A DNA stretch of 63,998 nt, the filler included, from Atractiella rhizophila (taxonomy: Eukaryota): assembly GCA_021432655.1 (NCBI GenBank). It is 4 parts of 4 records of this genome, joined end to end, with 100 filler letters (N's around TTAATTAATTAA, not from the genome) between each part and the next. Parts side by side here need not be neighbours in the genome. Positions count along the whole stretch, not along the records: positions 1 to 12,587 come from MU271880.1; positions 12,688 to 29,803 come from MU271881.1; 2 more parts are not named here. The stretch is one strand, 5' to 3'. Every line of letters begins with the position of its first letter. Positions within the stretch are counted from its first letter, which is position 1. The notes below the pieces were generated by a model. That model was not told where the DNA came from, did not search any database, and saw only the letters and a list, made by a program, of their open reading frames with translations. This document shows, in pieces, positions 10,796 to 23,146 of the stretch. The position numbers were made by a program, and so were the translations under genes.

Positions 10796-12587
10796 TCGGC
10801 CAAACAGACTCGCTGGATCAACAGAAAGCGTGGAGCCCATATACAGGAACAGAATACGAGGTTCACGTTTGCCCTTCAAGTCAGCCGACTCTTTTTTACG
10901 AAGAGGTAGATAGGGCCCAATTAAAAGTTTCAAGATAAGAGAGACTTTGGTTTCTAACGAGTCGTCGAGGTATGATTCTTAACTCCCATTCAGTCTTATG
11001 CGCTCAGGGATGTTATCATTGTCAGCACTCCTTTACATTCTTCTTCTTTCTCATAGGGGCAGAAAGGATGGTGAATAGATGAGTAGCAAATTGACAGTTA
11101 TCTGATGACCATAATATCAACTTCCACGACACTCTAGGAGCATTTCCAGGACGCGTTCTTGTTCTTTCCTCCTTATTCATCCTGGGAAGTCTTAACGACA
11201 TGAAAGCGTGACATAATAGGCGTCAGTCGAACAAGGATTCTCTCCCCATTGAAACAAGAAGATCTAGCTTCGACATATCATATATCAATTTCATGATCAC
11301 GCGACGATGCGACAAAAATGTATCCCAATCCTTGTCCTCCTGGAAAGCAAAACTTCCTGCTACGGGCGATGACTTCGAAGAAGGACGTCAACAGTGCAAG
11401 CATAGGCGTTCGTCACATTGACAAAGACGAGAAATAAGTGAATCAAAGCAGCATCCACACCCAGAGGGAAGCGCTTAAGCTGTTGACTGATAAACAGATA
11501 ACGTCCGACGGTCCAGGGAAACTGTCGCACCGACTTCTAGGTAGGAAACTCCAATGTCGTAGAAATCCTGCTTTGCTCCAATCTCGTTCATTGTCTCTCT
11601 CCCCTGCCTCTCCCGGCCCTTTCTCAATGGACGGTCATATTGACAGCTTCAAGTTTCACAAAACACCGAAACCCAATTACCCCATATTCCCGCCGGCCCG
11701 CATTATTCTTCGATCGTTTTCAGATTGTCCGACTTACTCGAACGACGACTCCAATTCTTCCTGCTCCCCATCCCACCCGCCCCACCCGCTGCGTTATGCC
11801 CTCCACTTAACACTTACGTCCCTCTGACTCGCACCATTCCCGCGTTATTGTCACGCCGAAAGCTGCACGAAGGGGTGGGTCGCCTCCACTTCTGCTTATC
11901 GAAGGGTCACGAAGTCGAAAACGAATCACGATACGTCACACGGAAGAGAAGGTGGTAGCTGTAGCGGAGCACTTGATTAGTGATCTGCAAGTGGAGGTTG
12001 CTGGTGCTGAGCAAATACTTTATAACGGATCGCGACACTTGGGGTTGCCATCAGCTCAGTCCAGAGAAGAGGCAGCATAAAAGATGTCGCTCATGATTGC
12101 AGCTATGCTGTTGTCTAGTGGAGGCAGGTTCGATATGTCTCAGCCATTCGCGCATTGGGAAGGAATTGGAGGGTTTGGTGGAGTGGACGAAGGACCATTG
12201 TGCGTCTCTCTCCCCGTGTTTCTGTTACTTCGGTTCGAGACCGCGACAAACTGTGGAGACTGATGTGTTTAATTGTTCCTTTTTTAGTTCGCTCAAGAGG
12301 TACACCTCCGCCACTACCAAAACCTCCTGCCTTGAGGCAGAAACAGAACCAGATGAAGGAGAGCGGGAGACAATGCACCCATCAGGTCTCAAACTCTCCA
12401 TCTCCCTCTCCTCACCGCCCTTCCGCACCCACGACATGGCACACGGCAACATCCGCATCACTCGTCTTTCCCAACAACAACAACAAACACTACCGAGAAT
12501 CACAGCGCACTCCCTCTCCTTCCGCGTCTTCTACGAATCCCGTTCCCTCTTCCGGCACGCAAGTATGGAAACCACCTTACCTCCCTC

Positions 12588-12687
12588 NNNNNNNNNNNNN
12601 NNNNNNNNNNNNNNNNNNNNNNNNNNNNNNNTTAATTAATTAANNNNNNNNNNNNNNNNNNNNNNNNNNNNNNNNNNNNNNNNNNNN
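12588..12687. other. Artificial scaffold spacer
   Basis: 44 N + TTAATTAATTAA (stops in all six frames) + 44 N; identical at three sites in the window. Confidence 0.97.
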
Positions 12688-13486
12688 ACAAGGTCACCCT
12701 TGGTTACACAGCAGAGTGGAATGGAGCAGAGGGAAAACAGCTGCGATTTGAGGCAGACGTCAGCTGTGAAAAAGGTGCGAGCAATACCGAGTATTTTGGC
12801 GCCACTTCTTGGGTTCGACAATTTGTTGGTACTGTTCAATGTCGTCGTAAAAGACATTGCATTTCTTGTGTTTTATGTTGAACGTTGTCTATGTCCGTTT
12901 ACAGCCTCCAAATGGCTTCTGAGCCTTATCTTGGCAATACTCGCACAGATCAAGGGTAACGAGAAGTTCCATGTTGACTCCCTTTAGGATGCGTTAAGGA
13001 TTTCCCGTGTATTGTGGATCAGATGGGCCAGACGAACGAGTTCAATTGTTTGTAACACCATAATTATTGTGTCTGAAACATTTCCTATTGGCAAAGAATC
13101 AGGTATAACTTTTCACATGTTATTATTCGTTTATTAGATAACTTGCTGTCGCTAAAAATGTTTCACCATCGCTTGACTTAACGGCTGCAGAACATTGTTG
13201 GAGTGTTGAGTAGAATTTTCTTTTCCGCTTCAATCATTTGTAATTAGGACAAACAGCCGATTCATTCATCAAGAGGCATTAAGAACACGTTCACCAGTCC
13301 ATCTCAAACTTCTTCTGGGGAAAGAAGGATAACAATCTATGACATTGGTACATTGGACGCAAGAGTTGCAAATTTTACGATTCACCCGAGATTGACGGAA
13401 ACAAATTAGTATTTGGTGATACTGATGTTTTGCTCAGGTTGCGCTGCCAGAATGGCTCTGTTTCACGTGATTCGCGCAGAGAGAGA

Positions 13487-13732
13487 TCACGTACCTTGCT
13501 GTTGAAGATAGAAGGCTACTCTTTTGATCAAGTCATCATCCGGCAAATCCAAAGTATTTTCAGGATTCAGTAAAAACTGATGAAGAGCCTCCCAGGGAAC
13601 AAAAGTAGTTCTCCCGCTCGAATCATTCAGGTAGAACCCATTGACATCCGCCCTCAACGCCCTATCATTGCAGGAATGATTCTGCCAGTTTGGGTCAGTA
13701 GTGTTTGAACTTTGCTCCATTAAAGGTTCCAA
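13487..13732 (-). CDS. Possible exon of a hypothetical multi-exon gene
   Basis: Protein-like 81-aa frame ending at a donor-like CAAG|GTACGT; no recognisable family. Confidence 0.3.
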   Translation of the reverse strand: MEPLMEQSSNTTDPNWQNHSCNDRALRADVNGFYLNDSSGRTTFVPWEALHQFLLNPENTLDLPDDDLIKRVAFYLQQQGT

Positions 13733-15638
13733 ATTCCTAAGTTTAGCCTTTCTTTTGGCATACAGAACTTCGAGAGGAGATGATACTGTCTAAAAAGATA
13801 GGGACAGGATGATTTCAGCTCGAAAGAATGCTCACCAAGCTCATTGGAGCCATTATGCTACATTCGCTTCCCAGGTGGCAGCTGGAGACAATTTGTCCTT
13901 CTTTCGGCGAGTCTCGGATGAAATACAAAAAGTTTTGTGTTCAAACACTCGTTGACCATCGACCATCTCTCATTCGGCTGATCAGAATTCTGTCGTCCTT
14001 TAAATGTTCTCTCGGCCTTGGTGGTCACTGAACGTTCAGACACTAGGCCCCGCTTGGTCTACAGCGTGAGGACGGTCGCAACAGAACACACCTATCAGAA
14101 CCCTCGCAGTTCTCGACAGACATTTGGACAGAATCGCATACTAGGTTCGTAGCTTCCTCATAACGGTCGCTCCCTACCTAGATCGCATCCCAAATTTTTT
14201 ATTCACTGACCTGGTCAGCTGTCTTTATTGGAAATTCTGTCCGTACAAATCAAGCAAATTGTGTACATTTTCATCGATGGCGACGAACGGTTGTGGGGAG
14301 AAATGGGGAGAAAACTGACATATAAGTGGCAGGGCATCAGTCAGAAGTAATCAACTCCTCCCCAGAAGTTCCATCATTGGCCTGTTTCATGGCCAGCACC
14401 TTAATTGCAAATTCTCTTCTCGATTTTTCTCTTGTTGTTACCTACCATTTTGAAAGTCCTGGAGGATGAGTACGTCGCCAAGTAATGAAATAACTCCCAG
14501 AGATGAGCCGGGGGAATCTACCTCGGCTCCGGAGTGTAAGTGCCATTTACCTGCATTAACCGTCGTCTGGTTACTAATTCTCCTCAGTCATTACTGAAGT
14601 GGCTGCTGCCATCTTGCCCTCGTCAGTATGCGACTCACCAGAGCCTGTGCAGACTGCTGCGAGCGTGAGCGGCGAAGCGTCTCCTCTCGAAGCTGATGTT
14701 GTCGCCTCCTCCCCTCTCCCGGCCTTGTCAGACCAGCAACTTGTCTTGCGCAGATGCGAATACGGCCTCGGCGCGATGATGGGCGACAGGTTAATCACCT
14801 GGCATGAGTTGCGCGCTCTCTTTCTAAAGATGCCCTCCCAATCGCACACACTGCACCATCCTGTTTCACGAGCGGCAACGCAAGCATGCGAATGGACCGC
14901 TGGTGCGCCAGTCATTCCACGAGAGTGCTGATAATCTAATCTCAGTGTGCAGAACATGACTTGATATTTCATGGCGCAGAACTTGTGCTCCTTTATTACC
15001 CACCAGCTTACACCGCCCCACCCTCCGTGAGTGTCGATACCTTATTTCTGGCCATGGCTAGATTTGTCATGGTCGTGATTCTTATCGAGAGAGACAGTAT
15101 ACTTCTACCGAGTCCGTTAAATCTCTTGGGACTGCCAGGAACCAAATTTGACACGTTGAACCTGCTAACGAAGATAATTGATTGAATTCTTGCAGCGTTA
15201 AAGCGCTGTTTCGTACTTTTTCTGACTGATGACATCTTTGAAGTAACTGTTTGTTTGAACTCTGAGCCATCTAGTTTTGGTCTCCATGTCACGCCGCTGT
15301 TCTTTGTCAGACAAGTGATAGGGCTAGGAATAGGACTTGAGATTTGACGTCCTGAACGGATAGAGTACATGGCATTGCAGAAACGATCCTGTGTTGTAGG
15401 TACAGCGGCTGAGACGACGGCCAAATGCCTGAAGCTCGAAGCATCAAGCGCGATACTGGTCCATCGTGTGTACATCATGCGACAACAGAAATATGGAGCG
15501 ATGAATCAAGAAGAAAAACGCTGTGGCTCAGGCCATGAATTTTGTTCCTCAAAGAAAGCAGAAACCAAGCATGTAAAAGTAGATAAAGAGCCTATAGATG
15601 AGCATGAAAGGACCTGTCCATCACGCCAAGCGTGAGAC

Positions 15639-18240
15639 TCACATTCCTTTCGAGCCAGCTGCAAATCCACTGAAATTTCCCGTATTCCTTTTCCCTCGAC
15701 TCGTGGATCGTCCAATCGTTCCTCTCGTCATATCTCTTCCATCCATCGTGGTAAATCGTTTGCTATCTCCAAACCCATCTGGTTCGTTGATATCGGTTTC
15801 GTATTCGCTTACAGCAAAAGGATTATCGAAGGAGTCTGGATCCGGGGCGGTGTAGCCCTCAAAGGAGTTACTTCGTCCCCTCTGTAGAGATGTACTGCGG
15901 GCGAGAGAGCCGTTCCGACCCAGATTTGCTTGCTCGCTCCGTTCCATTTGAAATCCTCCAACGAAAGGATCCGCTTCGCCTTTGGTCATCATCGTGTTTG
16001 GGTCCCCGTTCAGCGTTGGCCGACGAATAGACCCGCCATTGGGACGGTTTGCAGATGGTTTAGAGTTTGCACTCGTACGTGCAGCATTGGCAGCCCAGTA
16101 GGCGCTTCGTTCAGGAGGAGGAGCAGTATCTTGACGGTGATAGGGTTTGGGTATCTTGGAAGCAGGAGGTTGATTCGTGGGTTCTGAGTTTCTTCCCAAA
16201 ACGCCACGAGAGAGCGACGTCATTCTCTCCAACGAGTCCATCCTTTGATTCTCGTGTTGAATCTGCTGTTCCAGCTCCATTTGCTGCTTCTGAATAGCCT
16301 CAATGCCGGACAGTCGACGCAGATCAAGTTCTCGAGCCTTCAGACGTTGGTTCATATCGTGTTCTGCAATCTTCAACTGCATTAATTTTGCCTTCTCCTT
16401 CTCGATCGCCTCATCAATCGCCCTTCCTGCCTCCTCCTCTTGACGCCTCAGTCGTTCTTTCGTTTCCAGCGCTCTATTATATGCCGGATCGAATTGACCT
16501 TGGTGAGCGATGATCGGTGGGGCAGGATTGCTTGGGAGGGGAGCCTGACGACTTAGTGTGGTCGAACGCATGAGCGAGGAGTAGGTTATAGGTTGAGGTT
16601 TGGGAGGAGTTGCGAGGTATTTGGAGATTACGAGGACGAATTTGCCTGTGTTAACTTCATCATCCTCATAGTCCTCGATTTCCCTCATCCTTCTCTCCCG
16701 TTCCTTCTCTTGCGCTTCCCATTCTCTTCGGTTATCCCAGGTCCTTTTGAGATCAGAGACATTTTCCACATCTTGTTTATACCATTCCTCTCGCCCCATG
16801 CTCCTCCCCGTCGTCACCGATGTAGTGGTGGTGGTGGTCCGTCCACCTGGACCAATCACGACACCAGTGGGGCGGCAGTTATCCAAGCCAAAAGGTGTGA
16901 AGACGCATTGAGTTACACCGCCAAAGTAGCGCTTATAGAAGGGAAGGTCGGAGGTGGAATAGCTCCTCTGATGCACAGTGTATTGCGACTGTCCGCTCGT
17001 CAACGGGCGACGAGAACTACTGGTGGAGAATCGACTCTGCTGCTGCACTTCGACACCGCCACCCAGTTTCTCGTCGAATTGAGCGCTGCTCGCGCTTCGC
17101 TTCCCGCCACGCCTCACACCGGCATCTCTACGCTTCACGCTTATTTTCCTCGCCATATCCCAGAATCCATCCGCCGCGCGCTGTCGATCCTTCAATCGTT
17201 GATGGTAATGAGCATCCTTCATGCCGGTGGGGACAAAGATCGTTAGTGGTGGCTTGGGGAAAGAATTGTCGTCAGAATGTGCAGGTGATCCAATCGTCTC
17301 CCAAGCCCTTGGATCTTCTCGTGGGTGGGGAACGTGTGATAGGCCTCGCGACACATCCGTATTGCTACGAACACCCCAAATGTTGTTCCAGAGGCTCTTG
17401 CTCCTTTTCGGCTCATGTCCTGGGGGGCGGAAAGCATGATGGTATTCGGGTGCGTCATCCGTCACTTCCTGGATAGGAGTAGGCGGTGGAGGGGGGAGAT
17501 GGAATGTCCCGAGAGCGAAGTATCGAACAGTTCTATCGAAGTGCGCTCGTCCGCCTATTCCTTTGTAGAACTTTTCGACACGAGTCCTTGCTTGGGTCTC
17601 TCTCATGTTCTTCCCAAGAATGAGCTCGACTTCAAGGTGGGTGAAATCGATATCAGCAGAAGTAGATACGGATGTTGCAGGAGAAGCAGCACCAGGAATA
17701 CCTCGAGGGAGCTGTGAATAACGACGAGGTCAGCGCGTGGCCTCTGTCTGGAGGAGAGGGATATTCGCTGTCCATCCAGACATGATAGGCGAACTTACAA
17801 GCTGAATGTCCCAGTGCCAGAATTTCTTCCTCTGCTTCTCACCTGGAGGCAAATTCTTCCTGTCCTTATCCTTCTCAAAAGTAATCCAGAACGACACTCT
17901 GACGCCGCGACTATCAGACGCCACCCCCTCCGTCAAATGGACCTGGATTCTTGAATGAGCTCATACACAAATGGAATGGCAAGGTGGCAAACCTCCAAAG
18001 TGAAATCAGTCTCATCTCCCCTTCCAATGCGAGATATTTGGAGGTCGTACCCGTCGGGAACGTTTGGTAGAGGCGGCATCGTTACGGAAAAGTTGATGTA
18101 GGGTACGTAGGTAGAACAGCTTGCACGAGGGACGGAAAAGACGATTGAAAAGGTACTGTCCGCTGCTCAAGACGAAGAGCGAACGGTCTGTTTTGTCCAA
18201 CACAGTATCATTAAAAAACACTTCCAAACGACCCCATATT
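15639..18240 (-). CDS. Hypothetical protein (>700 aa) with coiled-coil and low-complexity C-terminal half; 5' end uncertain
   Basis: 655-aa ORF 15639-17606 stays open upstream to an acceptor near 17714; further spliceable exons at ~17760-17950 and ~17990-18120 (CSTYVPYINFSVTMPP...). Confidence 0.7.
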
Positions 18241-18847
18241 GTGTGGCAGCATTTGAAAAAAGCGCACGCACCTTCTGCAATGCTCTGTTATGATGTTGAA
18301 TGCAGCTCGTTCGTTTTTCGACAAGCAAACAGATCTGGAGTGGGCACAAAACTTTATCTTCCACAACTCGCTTCCTCCCAGAAATCCAACTATCGCCCCC
18401 TCGTAATTGTCGAGGTATGGAGAATCGATTTGGTGGAGGGGTATAGTGCAACTCCCCTGCCCTTGGAGGGTGGAAGAAACAAATGGAAAGAAGGCTCTCA
18501 AAAGCCGAGTAGAAGTTCAACTTACCAATCCAACTAGAACCAAACAATGCTGATGATCCGATCTCTTGTTCGCTTGTTTGAGATTTATTCACAATTGTAA
18601 GCAGTCGTTTTACCGTCAAACAAGTGATTCGCGCAGTATCAAATGGAGGCCATGTTGGCAAATGGGCGGGTTTGCTTAGAGAGTCTGTACGAGTTCTCCC
18701 GAAATGAACGTGAACGTCAATAAAGTCTATGATTACCAATTACCAACAGTCTATAGCCAGTCCGAACCCAATCCAATGACACAAGCAAAACAGGAGGGTA
18801 TCGTCTAAAATGGTGGTCGTAACAAGTCCATGATTGGGAAATTTTTT

Positions 18848-21800
18848 TTACTCCCCTTCGGATTCAGTATCAGGTTCCCTGTCGCTCCATCAGCATAAGC
18901 CTTCAAATAGAAGAGGAAACAGACCTTTGTGTCCCAGGGATAGAGCTCGAAAGCCAAGCAACGGTTCTCAACCTCCTCCTCTCTTCTCTGTCTTTCAACT
19001 GTTTCCTCGTCATCTTCTTCTTCCCTCCAATCTTCTTCTTTAAGGTCACGACATCTCCTTCTGTGAATCCAACATGTTCAATCCCGTTAGGCGTGTTGAA
19101 ACCAGAAACAGGCGTTGCCGTCCCAGAAGCAGATGGACTCATTCCTGCTGGCGTGTGTGGCGTCGATGCTCCCCCTTCAGTTGAGAGGGCATCACCGGTC
19201 ACAGAAGCTAGTCCCTTGCTGATGATCCGGCCGTCTTGGACATGCCAAGTTTCAGGGCAAAGGGTAGATAGGAATTCTTGGTTGTGGGAGATGAGTACTA
19301 CTGCACCCGCCCATTCACGCTAAAATTGAGTCAGAGAGAGAGCTGTAAGCAAGTAGAGCCAAACTCACAATTGCAACGGCAAGGCCACCCAGCGAGTCGC
19401 GGTCCAAGAACTGCATCGTCGTTAGTTGAATCCAAGAGGTAGAAGAAAACGCTTACATTGGTCGGTTCATCCATGATAAGGATTTGAGGTTTTGACCACA
19501 TCGCAGCCGCCAAACAGACCTTCACCTTCTGACCACCAGAAAGGCCCTTCATTTCATTATACTCGGCAATATCACCATTCAACCCAATCTCCTCCAGCAA
19601 TGCCCGTACCGCCTTCGTCGATATCTCCCTACTCCCGCTTCCTTCTCTCGAGGCTTCAAAGTCGTCGAATTGGCTGACCAGCTTTTGGAAACCGAGTTCT
19701 AGGAGACGTTCACGCGGGATCCAAGCATTGTATCTGTGATCGAGGTTTTTGAACTTGATCTCATACGTGAAACTCTTCTTGAGCTTTTGACGACCCATGA
19801 TAGACTCGAGAAAGCGTTCTTCCCCGGTTGTAGCCTTGATTGGAGTGGCCATAATCCTGAGATCCTCATCATCCAACTTCCTCGTCACTTTCTCCGCCTG
19901 TTCCTTATCCACTCCATTAGCATATCTCCACATGATGTAGTCCACTGCGCTCTTCTCCAAGTGCTGCTCAATGTGATGGAACGCATATTGACTCATGTAA
20001 GCGATTCTAACGCTCGGATGTTTCTCCACTTTGCCAGAGTCGGGTTGGGAGTCTCCAGTCAGCAACTTGATCAAAGTGCTCTTTCCAGCTCCGTTACGAC
20101 CAGTGATTCCGATTCTGGACGAGAGTGAAACTGCGCAGGAAACGTTGAAGAGCGAAGGTTTCGAAGCGCCAGGGTAAGTGAAGGTGACATCGGTCATTTT
20201 CAGGATGGCACGAGTTCTCGACCGAACACCCATGAGAGAGCCGGGGACTGGGAAAGAGAATTTGAGGTTGGAGTGGGAAAGAGAGTAGTAGGATTTGGCT
20301 TCGGGATGGCGCTCGACGAATTTGCTGAGGTTGCCTTTATAGTAGACAAGCTTCTTGGATTCGTAATGGATAATGTCTGTGCAGACGGTGTCGAGGAATG
20401 CAGAATCATGGGAGACGATCAGATTTGTGGCATTCTGAGCGGTGAGCCAACGTTCAAGGAAAGCGACGCTTTCTTTATCGAGATGGTTGGTTGGTTCATC
20501 CAAGAGGAGAAGATCAGCACCACACAGCATGGCGCGAGCAAGGGCAAGCTTCATCTTCCATCCTCCAGACAGATCTTCAATCTTTTTGGCTTTCTTCTCG
20601 TCGTCAAATCCTACATCTTCGAGCACTTTGAAACATTTCTCCTTGCTCTGATGTCTCAAACGGGGGTCGTTAAGAATGAAATCTTCAATGGTGGGAGACG
20701 TGGTGTTCTCGATACCATCGATGTCATGCGAGACGAAAAAGGTAGAGACCTCCTCGGGAAAGTTCTCCAGTTTACGCTGATTGATCGCATTGAGAAGCGA
20801 TGACTTCCCAGACCCATTCGCAGCGACAATCTGATACCAGTCAATCAACCTAGAGAGCAAAGGTGAAGGGGAAACCTACTCCATACCGGTGTCCCCTTTT
20901 CAATTTAAGGACGGTATGATTAAGGAGAAGTAATCCACCATAGGCTAAAGAGAATGGCAGGTTCATGAGGATTTCAGCTCCATCATCGTCCTCGTCGTCG
21001 GCAAGCTCCGGGTTTCGCTCCTACCACCATCAATTAAACGGAGGCAAGACGTCGGGGCGAAGAACTCACTTTATCGAGGCTCTTCCAGCATTTGTTCAGG
21101 CCGGTTATAATATCTTTGATTTCCTCTGGCTTATCGTCGCCCACCACCCTCCAAAAGTATCTTTCCAACTTTTGCGTCCATGTCGCCTCATCGAACTCTC
21201 TACGATCCGCCAAGCCGACGACAAAGCTCGAAACGTAAGCATAGAAAGTTGCCACATCCGGAGAAGTTCCTCTCAACTCTCCAAACCTTTTTGCGATATT
21301 CTCGGCGAGATAGGCAGACGTCTTGTTCTCGTCCGACTCTCTCGTCCATCCCTTCTCCTCCACCTTGTCCCCAGCTTTCAAATCCGCAGACGCCTCCATA
21401 GCCACTCTGGCCTCTCTCGCAAACTCCCTGACCTCCGGGAATGAAGCATCCTTCTCGATCCTTTGGACGCCACCGATGAGAGAGACGAATTGGCGACGAG
21501 CAAGGGAACGGTCGCGGATCAACTTGAAGAGGTTTCCGATGAGAATGACGGATTGGCGGTTGAGGGTTTGGTTTCTCATTTCCTTTAGACTCCGTTCGAG
21601 AAGCGGGTGGAGGACGGACATGGTGGGAGAGTCTATTTCGTGGACGAAGACGTAAGAGCTGAGATCCTTGATGGCTGCTGGAACTGTGTCCGGCTTCTTG
21701 AAACATTGGATGAGGGTGGGAATGAACTTCTGGATGTCGGGATTCCGAAGGACGGAGAAGATGGATTGAGCTGTTTTAAACGCTTGGCTGGACACCTCTG

Positions 21801-22446
21801 CTTTGGTATCTTGAAGATGGGTTGTCAATCGAGGAATGATCGCTTCCAGATTGTCCGCAACATCGTCTTGAGCTAACTTTTCGATTTTTGCCACGAGTTC
21901 CAGCGCGCCGACCTTTGAACGCCACTTAGTGGAGGAGTCGTCGAGATAGTCGAACAGGGGCATGAGGACGCGCGGAACGAGTTGTTCGACGGGGACTAGG
22001 TTGATCAGCACGGAGATTGCCTTTGCGGCTGCATCGCGGACGACTTCTCCTCCTGCTTTGGAGGCGTCTTCATAGCGAGCGAGGATCGTAGGGATCAGAG
22101 AGAGGAAGTAGGGCTCGTAGCCTCCAGACGAGGTAGAAGGCAACGAAGCTGCTTTTTGGAAGATGGCGTGGAATGCGATCATCGCGCTTTCCCTGACGCA
22201 TCGTCTATGAGTGACAACACAAGATCGTGAGTGGATGACGAACCGCTCATAGCCACTCTTGGACTTGGAGCCTCGAATCAGATCCTTTAAAATCCCTTCT
22301 TCCCATAATTTTTTGAACGAAGCGGAATCCTCGAAAACGTATCCTGCAAGTGACGATGCGGCATCTTGGCATGACTTTTCGTCCGGAGCTTGGTACAGAG
22401 CGGCAAGGAGAGCAGTAGAGGACATTTCTGGGGCTGGAACGGGCAT
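18848..22446 (-). CDS. NEW1: eEF3-family ABC-F ATPase, New1/Elf1 type
   Basis: N-terminal HEAT region (KWRSKVGAL), two ABC cassettes (ANGSGKS, LSGGWKMK, LLLDEPTNHLD; GRNGAGKS, LSGGQKVK, DEPTN), chromodomain insert (GRQKLKKSFTYEIKF) and the basic tail KKKMTRKQLKDREERRRLR. Confidence 0.9.
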
Positions 22447-23146
22447 TGATGATGATTTGTCACTAGCTCTTGGTGGGCGCAGGAAGTTGGTTGAATATTA
22501 GTGAAAAATTCTACGAGTAGCTGATAAAGTCGTCTATTCTAATGCTACAACGAATAAGAAGGCTTGGGAAGGAGGAGAAAGATCTCCTTGAAGCCTGGAG
22601 TGGTAGTCTAATAATTTTTTGAGCAAGCACGTGCCTGTGCTTTTCCGCCCACTCAGGAACTCCGCCACACGGACAGCTCCGACTGAGCCGAACGCCCATT
22701 CTCTTGATTCCGTTAATTTTGGCACGTTTTCCTTTTAATCTCAACCTGTCAGCCGACCCTGTTCCCGCTGCACAGCTGTTTCCGACCGTCCGTTCAGACT
22801 GGTTGGAGCAGCGTCCAACTTCTCTTCTCCTTCCAGAGTTAACCAGGCCTCTACTGTTTCTCAGGACGTTTCTGGATTTGACTATCGATAGATCTGCTGA
22901 AGATCTCCCGGGGCACAGACTTTTGGTTATCACTACAGTTTCTCGGCGGTCGGAAAACCATCAAACAAGGCGACTGGGGCGAGCAACAACAATCATCCCC
23001 AGATATTTTCTGCTCGGGCTACACCGTCACTACTGTTTCAGCAACAACCAGAAGAAGTCGACCAGGAGTCCTCGCCGTCGTGGAACGGATACCACATATC
23101 ACAATCCCTTTAATACAACCTAGCCACAACCGACCTCCTAACGACA

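Noticed and set aside
12632..12643. Palindromic TTAATTAATTAA recurring three times as a biological site
   Set aside because: Always centred in exactly 44+44 N; a synthetic six-frame-stop spacer.
14574..15478. Possible Cys-rich gene on the minus strand
   Set aside because: No recognisable domain and no consistent exon chain could be built.
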